Shown here: piece after piece, positions 9,121 through 19,000 of the stretch
Layout of the letters: every line of letters begins with the position of its first letter
Position numbering within the stretch: the stretch's first letter is position 1
IMG/VR virus record: IMGVR_UViG_3300025110_000018
Span: 1 to 53,856 of that record
Reading direction: 5' to 3' (one strand)
From: a virus
Lineage: Duplodnaviria; Caudoviricetes
DNA: 53,856 bases
The notes under the pieces: generated by a model
Databases searched by the model: none
What the model was told of the DNA's origin: nothing
What the model saw: only the letters and a program-made list of their open reading frames with translations
Made by a program: the position numbers and the translations under genes

Positions 9121-9191
9121 ATTAATCTACTCCAAAAATAAATAGTCATTAATGTATAAAAAAATAAATCATGCACTGCAAATTGATTCAC
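9117..9191 (-). CDS. 24-aa hydrophobic bridging ORF
   Basis: GTG start overlaps the upstream stop (GTGA) and its TGA overlaps the polA ATG (ATGA); VNQFAVHDLFFYTLMTIYFWSRLI. Confidence 0.5.
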   Translation of the reverse strand: MNQFAVHDLFFYTLMTIYFWSRLI

Positions 9192-9436
9192 TTCTTTTTG
9201 ACCATGTCTTTCATCTTCTTTATTTCTAATTCACAATAATGAATTACCTTTTCTAAGTCTTGTATACCATTTTTATTTTTATAACGGCACACATACTTTA
9301 TAACGTTTCCTTGAAAAAAAGAAAGTTCATTCTTAGAAATAAATTCATAAGGTTGAATGTGAAACGATTTATAGTGACTCCCCCCTATCTGCTTGTCTTG
9401 AGGAAATGCATCTTTAAATATATCTTTATTTGTCAT
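9188..9436 (-). CDS. DUF3310 family protein
   Basis: QIGGSHY...GNVIKYVCR...KNGIQDLEK. Confidence 0.88.
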   Translation of the reverse strand: MTNKDIFKDAFPQDKQIGGSHYKSFHIQPYEFISKNELSFFQGNVIKYVCRYKNKNGIQDLEKVIHYCELEIKKMKDMVKKK

Positions 9437-10887
9437 ATTATTGGATAAGCCTTTCTGGTTTTATTTGCTAGTTTAAATGTATAGAGATTATTTCTTGCAC
9501 GTGTATATGCAACATACCAAACTCTATGTTCTTCATCTGCTTTATCATTGCTTTGATTCATTGCTTTGATTATCTTGTCACCAAGATCTGTACAGAGAAT
9601 TACGTTATCTTGTTCACCACCTTTAATAGCGTGAATAGTAGAAATCCAAATTCTTGCTTCTTTGTCTAAGTCTTCTTTGTTTTCAAAAAGACGTACTAAA
9701 TATTCTTTTTGTTCTTGTTCATCTTTGTCTGCTAATACAAATGCATCAAACCAGTTTTCATTCTTGTTCCATACAACATTTCCAGTGTATTCTTTAATGT
9801 CTTTTATCTGTTCTTCTATTAGCTCTTCTCCTTTACGCCAACGTTCATAGTTTTTTACAGCCTTATATAAAGATACTTTAATACTTTTTCTTTTAGTGCT
9901 TTCAAAAAACAAACCTTTTTCAATAAGTATTTTTTCTATTTTTAATAGTTTTGATACAGTCCTTGCAAGAATTAACCATTTACCTTTTGTTAAATCTATT
10001 TCATCTAAATTATATATCTCTTCACAAAGACCTTCGTGATCTCTTGGATAATATTTTTTATTTTTCTTAATTCCAGATATATTTCCAATCGCTATCCTAG
10101 ATTGTTGCTGTACAGTTTTAGATATTCTTTTTGAATATATTAAAACTTTTTCTTTTGCAGGTTCTTTTATAAATCTACTAACATCTGCTCCAGCCCATGC
10201 AAATATAGCTTGATCATCATCTCCTGCAAGATACATATCTTTAGTTTTAGTTTTTAAAATATCAAATAGTTTCCATTGCAATGGTGAAAGATCTTGAGCT
10301 TCATCTATAAAGATAACATCAAACTCTGGAATCTTATCTGGTTCTTTTGTTAATTGATCTATCATATCGTTAAACTCAAATATTTTTTTCTTGTTTTTGT
10401 AGTTAATTAAATTTTTATTGATGTGATCTAGTGTTATCCAGTTAACGTCTTTTGGATCATGTTCTTCTAAATTAAATTCATCTTTGAGATTAATACATTT
10501 ATTAAATGCTCTTTGTATAATTTGAAAGTATGGGTTTTCAAAACCTAAATAAAAAGATTCATCTTTATTATATCTATCGTAAAATTTTACTTGTAAATTT
10601 AATTCTCTACCAAGTTCTTCGTAATGATATGGTTGCATTACATCTTCTTGAACCATGTTTAAACATTCAAATGCTAGTGAATGAAGTGTCTTAAAATATC
10701 TTAACTTTTTATTTTCAAAAGGCATTCTACCTTTTGCTTCGTCTGCAGCTTTCTTAGTAAACGCAAAATAACCTATACGATGTAAAGGTATATTATATTT
10801 TCTAACATATGCTCTTGCTCTAGTAATTAATCTATGTGTCTTACCTGTTCCAGGTGGACCATAATATTTATACAACATTGTCTTCAC
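9433..10887 (-). CDS. UvrD/Rep-like superfamily 1 helicase
   Basis: GPPGTGKT, DEAQD, GDDDQAIF, STIHAIKGGE, YVAYTRAR. Confidence 0.93.
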   Translation of the reverse strand: MKTMLYKYYGPPGTGKTHRLITRARAYVRKYNIPLHRIGYFAFTKKAADEAKGRMPFENKKLRYFKTLHSLAFECLNMVQEDVMQPYHYEELGRELNLQVKFYDRYNKDESFYLGFENPYFQIIQRAFNKCINLKDEFNLEEHDPKDVNWITLDHINKNLINYKNKKKIFEFNDMIDQLTKEPDKIPEFDVIFIDEAQDLSPLQWKLFDILKTKTKDMYLAGDDDQAIFAWAGADVSRFIKEPAKEKVLIYSKRISKTVQQQSRIAIGNISGIKKNKKYYPRDHEGLCEEIYNLDEIDLTKGKWLILARTVSKLLKIEKILIEKGLFFESTKRKSIKVSLYKAVKNYERWRKGEELIEEQIKDIKEYTGNVVWNKNENWFDAFVLADKDEQEQKEYLVRLFENKEDLDKEARIWISTIHAIKGGEQDNVILCTDLGDKIIKAMNQSNDKADEEHRVWYVAYTRARNNLYTFKLANKTRKAYPII

Positions 10888-12508
10888 TCTCTATGTCAAT
10901 AGTTTCTTCTACTTCCTCTGGTTTTTCAAAAAGATAAAGAGGAATCCTAGCTGCTCTTATAGGTTTAAAAGGTTTATCATTATCGTCCTTACCTGGATAT
11001 CTCTTCTGATGACCAAATAATACTCTTCTTTCTTCATCTTTATCTTCATGATTATATAATTGTCTTTCAATCATGTAAGATGTTTTTTGTGGTTCGTATT
11101 TCCATTCTTCGTTTTTTAACTTGTCATAGAATTTATCAAACACAAACCATGCAAACTTATTATCAACTAAAGGTCGACCACTTGCAAAAGACATGAAGCT
11201 TGTTGCCTGAGCCCCGTATATGTGCTTCTCTAATAATTTCTTCAACACTTCTAAAGGACTTGTGCCTGCTGCAGGTTCTATTATTTCTATTTTATCTTTA
11301 CCGCTTATTGATTTTAAAATTAAATCAAACTGCTCTTGTTTTATTGGTGGTGCTACAATCAAAGCTTGCTCAAATAAAACTGTTTTAAATTCATGAACTT
11401 GAGTTAATTTATATGTATTTTTTAAATGTAGCTGCATATTTTCTCTTTCATCAGGATGCTCTACTGTAACTCTCCATTCTGGATTTGGTTGTAAATTTAT
11501 TTTTTGTAAGTTACTTAACGTAGGATAATTTTCTTTTTCACCAGATAAAACACCATATTTTCTTTTAGTACATAAAGCTTTCATGCAGTGTGGTTCTAAT
11601 AATGGATCACTACATGTAAAACCTTTTTTCTGTTTTTCCCAACTTTTTATTTTTGATTTTATATGATCGTCTGTCCAATGTTCATCAAATGAAAAATACT
11701 TTCTACCTGCTTGTACAATCATTTTTTTCCAAGTATCATCTCCCGGATATTTTTTCTTAGCAAATACCATGTAGTTATATAGAAATCTATCTCTACCATC
11801 TGTAAATGTCATCTGTTCTTTAGTTAATTTTTGTAGACATGGTGGACCATCTTCAAACTCTTCACCACCACCTTTTAATTCTGCATAAATTAAATCTTCT
11901 TTTATTTTTTTAAATTGACTTGGATCAACTAAATTTAAACCAACTGTTTGCACAAACTTTTCAAATGACATTGTTGTTCCATCAACATCTAATGCTTTTC
12001 TATCATCACCGTTGTATGGTAAATTTATAAAATTACCATTTGATATGGTGCCGTCACTTGATATGAGTTGCGTTTGCTTTGGAAATATTTCTGTTGCCGC
12101 AGATAATTTAAAAACAAATAATAAATCTTCTAAAAAATTTCTTATTTCTTTTGCCTTGACCCACCTAGTGGTGAATACATATAAATGTAATCCACCACTT
12201 TTGGATAGAATAGGTATAATTGGCAGGTCTTTATCCTGGATGACATCAAGATAAAATTTTTTATCAATAGGGTATTTATCTACATCTATTGCACCAAACC
12301 TTGCCATACCATCGTCAGTGCAAGGTTGTATTCCTATTGATCTAATTCCTTTTATATGATCTTCGTAGTCTTGATCAGTAACGGGACTCTTAGCCCATTC
12401 ATGTTTCCATTTCTTTTTGCCTGTTACTTCGTCGATGTATCCATCATCAACTTTACAGACACCATAACTTCTTTGTAAACCCGTAAAATATTCTATGTAT
12501 TCTTTCAT
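10868..12508 (-). CDS. Archaeo-eukaryotic primase (AEP) superfamily primase
   Basis: GAIDVD, SKSGGLHLY, GNFINLPY, followed by a PPC...GRDRFL helical accessory region; lies in the replication module. Confidence 0.8.
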   Translation of the reverse strand: MKEYIEYFTGLQRSYGVCKVDDGYIDEVTGKKKWKHEWAKSPVTDQDYEDHIKGIRSIGIQPCTDDGMARFGAIDVDKYPIDKKFYLDVIQDKDLPIIPILSKSGGLHLYVFTTRWVKAKEIRNFLEDLLFVFKLSAATEIFPKQTQLISSDGTISNGNFINLPYNGDDRKALDVDGTTMSFEKFVQTVGLNLVDPSQFKKIKEDLIYAELKGGGEEFEDGPPCLQKLTKEQMTFTDGRDRFLYNYMVFAKKKYPGDDTWKKMIVQAGRKYFSFDEHWTDDHIKSKIKSWEKQKKGFTCSDPLLEPHCMKALCTKRKYGVLSGEKENYPTLSNLQKINLQPNPEWRVTVEHPDERENMQLHLKNTYKLTQVHEFKTVLFEQALIVAPPIKQEQFDLILKSISGKDKIEIIEPAAGTSPLEVLKKLLEKHIYGAQATSFMSFASGRPLVDNKFAWFVFDKFYDKLKNEEWKYEPQKTSYMIERQLYNHEDKDEERRVLFGHQKRYPGKDDNDKPFKPIRAARIPLYLFEKPEEVEETIDIESEDNVV

Positions 12509-12530
12509 TTGTCATCCTGTTTATTTTGTT

Positions 12531-12560
12531 GAGGCGACTCCAGTCTCCCTTTGTCGCCTC
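12531..12560 (-). promoter_or_regulatory. GC-rich stem-loop upstream of the primase gene
   Basis: GAGGCGAC-N14-GTCGCCTC perfect 8-bp stem, no following U-tract. Confidence 0.5.
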
Positions 12561-12587
12561 TGTAGCTACTATTGTTCCGTCAAACAA

Positions 12588-13367
12588 TTAGATAATTTCT
12601 TCTTGTTTAGTTTCACTGCCCTTATCATAGTCAGGTTTTGTAGCACCTGATGATACTTGCTTATGAAACTCTTGACCCATCATATAAATTGCAGCGTCTT
12701 TTTCATTAGAGACATCTAACATTCTAACCATTGATGGTTTGTAAACATGCCAAGTTTTATCTCCTGCACTTTTTTCTGCAGTCTGTAATTTAAACATTGC
12801 AGAATATGCTGCCGGTTGAAAAGAACCTTTATCATCTGTTATTCTAAGATTAGAAATAAGATCATTTAGTTTTCTTGCCGGTGTAAGATTAGATGATCTC
12901 ATTGTGATCACCGCTTTTCTTGGCGCACCATCTACCATTACAATTATGAAAAAGTACATAGTTTTTTCAATATAGTTACCGTTTTGTAATCTATATTTAA
13001 TACCACGCATTTCTTCTTTTGCATTAGCAGGTGGAGTTAAGTGTGTTCCAACAGGTGCTGATGGACTATCTCCCATCTCTTGCCACTCTGGCCATCTAGT
13101 CTGTGTATGTGCTACAATGACTTCGATACCTTTGTTGCCATCAATAGGTTGTCCAAAACTATTGGAATATATCATACCAGGTTCAGCTCCTTCTACATGC
13201 TTTGCACTTCTAGAGTTACACTCTGGTGATAGTTGATGTAAGATTTTCAGAATCGGTGTTGATACGTCATCTGATTTGATTTCCTCTGCACCTTTACCAG
13301 AATCGGCTCTAAGGTTTACAGCGGCTAGTGCACCTGCACTATTCTTTTTTACGACTTGTTTGTCCAT
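12588..13367 (-). CDS. Putative single-stranded DNA-binding protein
   Basis: Position in the replication module, PILKILHQLSP..GAEPG N-terminal motif, acidic C-terminus; GGAG SD. Confidence 0.55.
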   Translation of the reverse strand: MDKQVVKKNSAGALAAVNLRADSGKGAEEIKSDDVSTPILKILHQLSPECNSRSAKHVEGAEPGMIYSNSFGQPIDGNKGIEVIVAHTQTRWPEWQEMGDSPSAPVGTHLTPPANAKEEMRGIKYRLQNGNYIEKTMYFFIIVMVDGAPRKAVITMRSSNLTPARKLNDLISNLRITDDKGSFQPAAYSAMFKLQTAEKSAGDKTWHVYKPSMVRMLDVSNEKDAAIYMMGQEFHKQVSSGATKPDYDKGSETKQEEII

Positions 13368-13404
13368 ACTATTTACTCCTTTATTAGTTTAGTATTTTAG
13401 TTGT

Positions 13405-13953
13405 TTATTTTTTATTAGTTACACTAGTTCTTTTACCTTCTAGTGTATTAAACAGATCAGCAGGAACTTCATTACCATTTGTTTTCCATTCCTTCATCAC
13501 TGCAGAGAGTCGAGCGTGGTGAACTTTCTCTTGTTGAGTTGGTTCATAGCCACGCTCCCTCGCAAGGCTAGCGTATTCGACAGCCTTGTTATCTTCGCCT
13601 TGGCCAAATGTTACTGTAATATTATTATCTACAATATCACCTAAGCCATTGTCTCGAAGCCATTTGATACCTTCATTCTTTTTGTCTGCTTTGAATGAAG
13701 CAAAAAACCTATCACCTACAGATAGTTCAGAACCATCTTTTAGTTTTACAGTTTTTAAATTTTGTTTGTCCATAATTTCTGGAATTACAAATTCAGAAAT
13801 ATATTTTTCTTGAGCTTTAAACTCTTTTAGTTTTTGTTCTGTAGCCAATACTTGTGCGCTAACAGTTTTAAATTGTTCTATTGCTTCTGATAATTCATTG
13901 ACATCAACGTTATCAGTTTGATCAGGTGCATCCTGTCTTAAATTTATATTCAT
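13405..13953 (-). CDS. Replication-module hypothetical protein
   Basis: N-terminal coiled coil, IPEIMD..LKDGS..WLRDNGLGDI; function not assignable. Confidence 0.7.
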   Translation of the reverse strand: MNINLRQDAPDQTDNVDVNELSEAIEQFKTVSAQVLATEQKLKEFKAQEKYISEFVIPEIMDKQNLKTVKLKDGSELSVGDRFFASFKADKKNEGIKWLRDNGLGDIVDNNITVTFGQGEDNKAVEYASLARERGYEPTQQEKVHHARLSAVMKEWKTNGNEVPADLFNTLEGKRTSVTNKK

Positions 13954-13970
13954 AATTTTGCCTTTCGTAA

Positions 13971-14002
13971 AATGTATATATAGGATAATTCTAGTTTGTC
14001 AA
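13971..14002 (-). promoter_or_regulatory. Sigma70-type promoter of the replication operon with operator-like site
   Basis: TTGACA (14002-13997) followed by TATATATACATT; TAGGATAATTCTA at 13981-13993. Confidence 0.55.
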
Positions 14003-14341
14003 CTAGTTCTGAAAAATATTTATTTCGATTGGGTAGTATGTTTTTTCCTGTCTGTCCCATTTTAACAACTTGTATTTGCCGTTAGTCATATCAGAAACTA
14101 TTGAACATGTCACTCCAATAATTGCAGGATCACCAGATAATAATAAATAATCTTCTTCTGTAAAACTTTTTAATTTATCTCTTATTTGAAAAATCAAAGG
14201 TCCTGGTGAAAAAATCATTTGTGCTCTTGCAGGAAGCATAACCGTAATCTCGCCATATTTTTGTGCACCCATTATATTATATTTGGGTTGACCGGTTTCT
14301 CTATCGACAGGGATGTCTTGTACTAAATACACTTTTGGCAT
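14003..14341 (-). CDS. Hypothetical phage protein
   Basis: 112 aa, KVYLVQ...DYLLLSGDP...LLKWDRQ. Confidence 0.75.
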   Translation of the reverse strand: MPKVYLVQDIPVDRETGQPKYNIMGAQKYGEITVMLPARAQMIFSPGPLIFQIRDKLKSFTEEDYLLLSGDPAIIGVTCSIVSDMTNGKYKLLKWDRQEKTYYPIEINIFQN

Positions 14342-14369
14342 TGACTTTTTCCTTTTGTAATAATATATA
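14341..14369 (+). promoter_or_regulatory. Sigma70-type promoter for the SNF2 helicase
   Basis: TTGACT, 17-nt spacer, TATATA, 25 nt upstream of ATG 14395. Confidence 0.5.
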
Positions 14370-14394
14370 CACTTTTAGAAAGAAAAAGCAAATT

Positions 14395-15828
14395 ATGAAC
14401 TATAAATTTAAAACTAAGCCGTATGGCCATCAATTAGATGCATTAGAAGCATCGTGGGACAAAGAAAATTTTGCGTACTTTATGGAAATGGGTACAGGTA
14501 AATCAAAAGTATTATTAGATAATGCAGCTGTATTATATGACAAAGGTCTTATAAATGGACTGTTATTAATTGCACCAAAAGGTGTATATAAAAATTGGTA
14601 TGACTCTGAAATACCAACTCACTTACCAGATCACATACAGAAAAAAGTTGTGCTTTGGAAAACATCTGACAAATCTAAAAAACAAAGAGATATCTTAAAT
14701 ACTTTATTTAAATCAGAAACAGATTTTCATATTTTAATTATGAACGTAGAAGCTTTTTCATCTGGTACTGGAACACAGTTTGCTAAAAAATTTTTATCAT
14801 GTCACAAATCAATGATTGCAATTGATGAATCAACTACAATTAAAACACCTACATCAAATAGAACTAAAAATATTTTATCACTTAGAAAAGATTGTAAGTA
14901 TAGAAGAATACTAACAGGTTCTCCTGTAACTAAATCACCGCTAGATTTATTTAGTCAATGTCAGTTTCTTGATCCCTGGCTCCTGGACCATCAATCTTAC
15001 TACACATTTCGTGCTAGATATTCTATCTGTAAAAAGATTCAAGTTAATGGTCGTCAAGTAGAAATAGTTGTAGGCTACAGAAATCTTGGTGAGTTATCCG
15101 ATAAGATAAAACCTTTTTCTAAAAGAATATTGAAAGATGATTGTTTAGATTTACCTGAAAAAAGTTATGTCAAGCATTATGTTGAACTTACAAAAGAACA
15201 AAAGAAAGTATATGAACAAATGAAAAAAGAAGCAATAGCTTTTTTAGATGGTAAGATGCAATCTTCAGCAACTGTTATGACACAATTAATGAGACTACAT
15301 CAAATTACTTGTGGACATTTTACTGCTGATGATGGTACGATAAAAGATTTACCTTGTAGTAGGCTTGGTGAATTAATGAACATCTTAGAAAATGTAGAAG
15401 GTAAAACTATTATATGGTCCCACTACACCCATGATGTAAGAAGAATTATTGCAGAGATTAAAAAAGTATATGGTGATGATTCTGTTGTAGATTATTATGG
15501 TGCAACAGATACAGATGCTAGATCAGCTAACATTAAAAAATTTCAAAACAATGATAACTGTAGATTCTTTGTAGGAACCACTCACACTGGTGGTTACGGT
15601 ATTACATTAACTGCAGGTAGTAATATGATTTATTTTTCTAATGGTTACGATCTTGAAAAAAGACAACAGTCAGAAGCACGTATTGATCGTATAGGTCAAA
15701 CAAGAAAAATGACTTATATAGATATAATGAGTCAAGATACTATTGATGAAAGAATTGTAAAAGCTTTACGTAATAAAGTTAACATTGCTAATACAATTAT
15801 GGATGAAGATTTTAGAGAGTGGATCTAG
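14395..15828 (+). CDS. SNF2-family (superfamily 2) helicase
   Basis: MEMGTGKS, DEST, LTGSP, GGYGITL, QSEARIDRIGQ; start moved to MNYKFKTKPYGHQ. Confidence 0.92.
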   Translation: MNYKFKTKPYGHQLDALEASWDKENFAYFMEMGTGKSKVLLDNAAVLYDKGLINGLLLIAPKGVYKNWYDSEIPTHLPDHIQKKVVLWKTSDKSKKQRDILNTLFKSETDFHILIMNVEAFSSGTGTQFAKKFLSCHKSMIAIDESTTIKTPTSNRTKNILSLRKDCKYRRILTGSPVTKSPLDLFSQCQFLDPWLLDHQSYYTFRARYSICKKIQVNGRQVEIVVGYRNLGELSDKIKPFSKRILKDDCLDLPEKSYVKHYVELTKEQKKVYEQMKKEAIAFLDGKMQSSATVMTQLMRLHQITCGHFTADDGTIKDLPCSRLGELMNILENVEGKTIIWSHYTHDVRRIIAEIKKVYGDDSVVDYYGATDTDARSANIKKFQNNDNCRFFVGTTHTGGYGITLTAGSNMIYFSNGYDLEKRQQSEARIDRIGQTRKMTYIDIMSQDTIDERIVKALRNKVNIANTIMDEDFREWI

Positions 15829-16043
15829 AACCAACCTTTATCTATAACTTTCTCTAATAATAAAAGTGCGACAGCCCCCACCGTCGCTAATAATGCCCAA
15901 TAGATTTTATCTATCTTACCGCCCAAATCGTGAATACCATTATGCATGTGTTTCATGTCTTTTTTCATACCCGTTATATATCCGTAGATAGCAAGTAAAT
16001 GTTCTCTTGTAGTTTTAGGTCTTAATTTATCACCGTTAGGCAT
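15825..16043 (-). CDS. Small protein with C-terminal transmembrane helix
   Basis: IYWALLATVGAVALLLL; TAATG coupling to the upstream gene. Confidence 0.65.
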   Translation of the reverse strand: MPNGDKLRPKTTREHLLAIYGYITGMKKDMKHMHNGIHDLGGKIDKIYWALLATVGAVALLLLEKVIDKGWF

Positions 16044-19000
16044 TATGCTAATCCTCTTTGTCTTAGTCTAATTTGTTTTTCTTCTTCAGATAGTAAAGCG
16101 TTTTCTATTTGTGTCAAACCCTGATTCATGGGACCTGGATCCTTAATCTCTACTGTCTGTACCACTTCTTGACTAGGCATTGGTAGGTCAGGTAATGAAC
16201 CTACTGTTGGGTCTTTAAATTGTATTTCTTCATCTACTTCTTCTAGTCCAAAATCTGATGGTTTAAATTTCCATGATTCAGATAAATCAGCTCCAGAAAA
16301 TTCTTGAATCATTTCTATAATTGTAGGTAAAGCTTCTTGAAAAGGGTCGCTGTACTCCGGATTAGCTTCTCTAAACTCTTCTGCTTTTCTAGCAAATTTT
16401 TCTACAATATTTTGTGAAGGTGTGTAAGGTCTAAAATCACCACCAAACAAAGCTCCGTATTCTTTTTTAGATATACCCCTATCTTCAAACACTGCCGCTA
16501 GTTCAGAGTCATCTACATCAAATTGGTTGGCTGCTTTTAAATCTAAATGCATTTTTTGCTGTGAATTAAATATAGATCTATTAGCAATAAAAAATTGTCT
16601 TATAACTTCTTTTGCAGTACTTGGTGAAGATAATAATCTTGTGTCACCACCTGTAAATTCTCTTACACCATTTCTAGATGATTTATCTAATTCAGTTATT
16701 TTAAAATTAAGACCTTTAACAGGATCTATTTTAATTAATCTCCATCCTAATAAACCTGGTAATTCTTTTTCTAAATCGTATATTTCTCCTTTTGGATCAG
16801 GTAGTCCTCTTGCTGCATAATATATTCTAGATAACTGTGATTTAGAAAATGGAACTTGTGTTTCTAGTAAATGTTCCATAATTATTCTTGCTTTGTCTGG
16901 AATAGGTGTTTCCTCAGTATATAATTTTTTACCTGAATCAGTTACACCGCCCCTTGCAATAATATCTATAATCGCTTCAGGTGCAATTGACTCTGATGTA
17001 AAAGGTTCAATTGATCTACTAAATGCATCAGATATACCTTGAATAAATCCATTTATAAGTTGATCATCTTTTTCAATACCTTCTTGAACTGATCTTAACA
17101 TTGTTCTAAATGGTTGCTCCAAATAATCGTAAGCGTTGTTATTACTCCAGTTCTGATAATAATATGTTCGTTTTCCATTTTCATCTTCTTCATAAGAAAT
17201 AAATTTCTTGTCACCAACTTCATACGGTGCAACCCATCTTTCAAGAGCTGCTTCTTGATCATCTGTTGTACCATTGACAGCTTTAAATCCTGCACCTAAA
17301 CCAACTCCTATTGATCCAAAAGCAGTTGCAGATCCAACTAATCTCTTCATACCAATTCCATATAAAGGATTGTCATTTTTAACAAAACCTTTACCTATTT
17401 CAAAAACCATAGGTGTCATATTTGATCCTTTTGTAGGTTTAGAATGTTTCATTTCTCTTGTTATTCTACTACCTATACCAACAGCGCTGTTCATAATTGC
17501 AGTTGGGAAAGATGCAAAGTTACCAAAAGGTGTTGACCTTAAACCTTTTACAATATCAGATACATATGCATAGTTGGGTACAGTGTTTCTTACAATGTTA
17601 GCTGCTTCTTCTTCTAATTGTTGATTAGTTTTTTTAATACCAGCTTTTAAATATGCATCACCTAATCTTTCTTTTTCTACCCAATAGTTATAAATTTTAT
17701 AAACATCATCTTCAGCTGTGTATAAATCTGTTGCAGGTTTAGTTGCTCTAGATAATTTTTGTAGCATTCTTTTAAATGCATTAGTTGAGAAACCACCATC
17801 AGGATTTAATTCAATATCTTTTAACAAAGCTTGATAGTCTCCCATTTTTGTTTGGGTATTCACAACACCTAACTCTAACAATCTTCTATATTCATCCATC
17901 GCCTCAGGTGATCTAACACCTAACTGAACAGACTTACGTGCTTTGTTCATTGCTCTTACAATCAATGAAGGATTTGTAAATAATGTACCGTTAGCAACAG
18001 AGAAAGCAGATGCAGATAAAAAGTTTCTTATGTGTGTTGTAGGTGATAGAACTGTTTTTGCAATCTGTGCTCCTGCCTTTGGATATAAAAATATATACTT
18101 ATATGCATCAGCTACTTTACCTTCTCGTATAAAAAAATTACTAAGTTTGTTTACTGCTTCAAAAGAATCGGCTATCTCTTGTGTTGTGTGTAATCCTTTT
18201 AGTCTGTTTACAAGAACTCCATTCTTAAACATACCTTCCAGTGTTTCATCTAAAGATACAATTTTATTTAGACCACCGGCTCCAAGTTGTTTAATTGCTT
18301 CATTTTTATCTGCATAAAAAAGTTTTCTAGTCTGTTTTTCTAGAGCTTCATCATTTGCTTTTAATACATCATCAATAAACTCTGATCTTCTTGCAAGATT
18401 AGATAATAATCCAATTCCACTATAAATAGATTCTCTTGCATCATCTACTTCTCCAAATAATTCTCTAAATGCCTTACTTCCTTTACCAATAATCTCAGTA
18501 GCAGGATCACCATTTTTATTTTTTTTGCTCATCATTTGTACAAAGTTTTTTCTAACATCTGGAGTCTTTGCACCTATGGTTAAATCAGTCATTTTAAATG
18601 ATGGTAATTGTGTTTTAGGTGTAAACTTAATTGCACTATCTAATATTTCATTTACTCTGTATGATAATTCATCATCAGATAATTCTCTTCCATGTTTTTG
18701 ACCGTGTCTTTTTAATATTTCTTTTACATTATTTATAGATTGATCCGTTGGTTTATAACCTGTTAATGCATCTACATATGGGTTTTGAAATATTTTATAT
18801 GTGCCGCCCAACATAATTTTTAATCTATCACCCATTAGTCCCGATAGTTTTCTTACATCTTTTGGTAATGTTACAGCAGCTGTGCTACCTTCTTTAATAG
18901 TTTCAACTAAATTTACAAACTTTTGTCTAGAATTATATATAGCATCAAAAACTATTTTTCTTGATTCTGAATTTAAACCACCATCAGTCATTGTTTTTTG

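Noticed and set aside
14263-14394. N-terminal extension of the SNF2 ORF given in the track
   Set aside because: It overlaps the divergent gene and the promoter; ATG 14395 has an RBS-like motif and a typical N-terminus.
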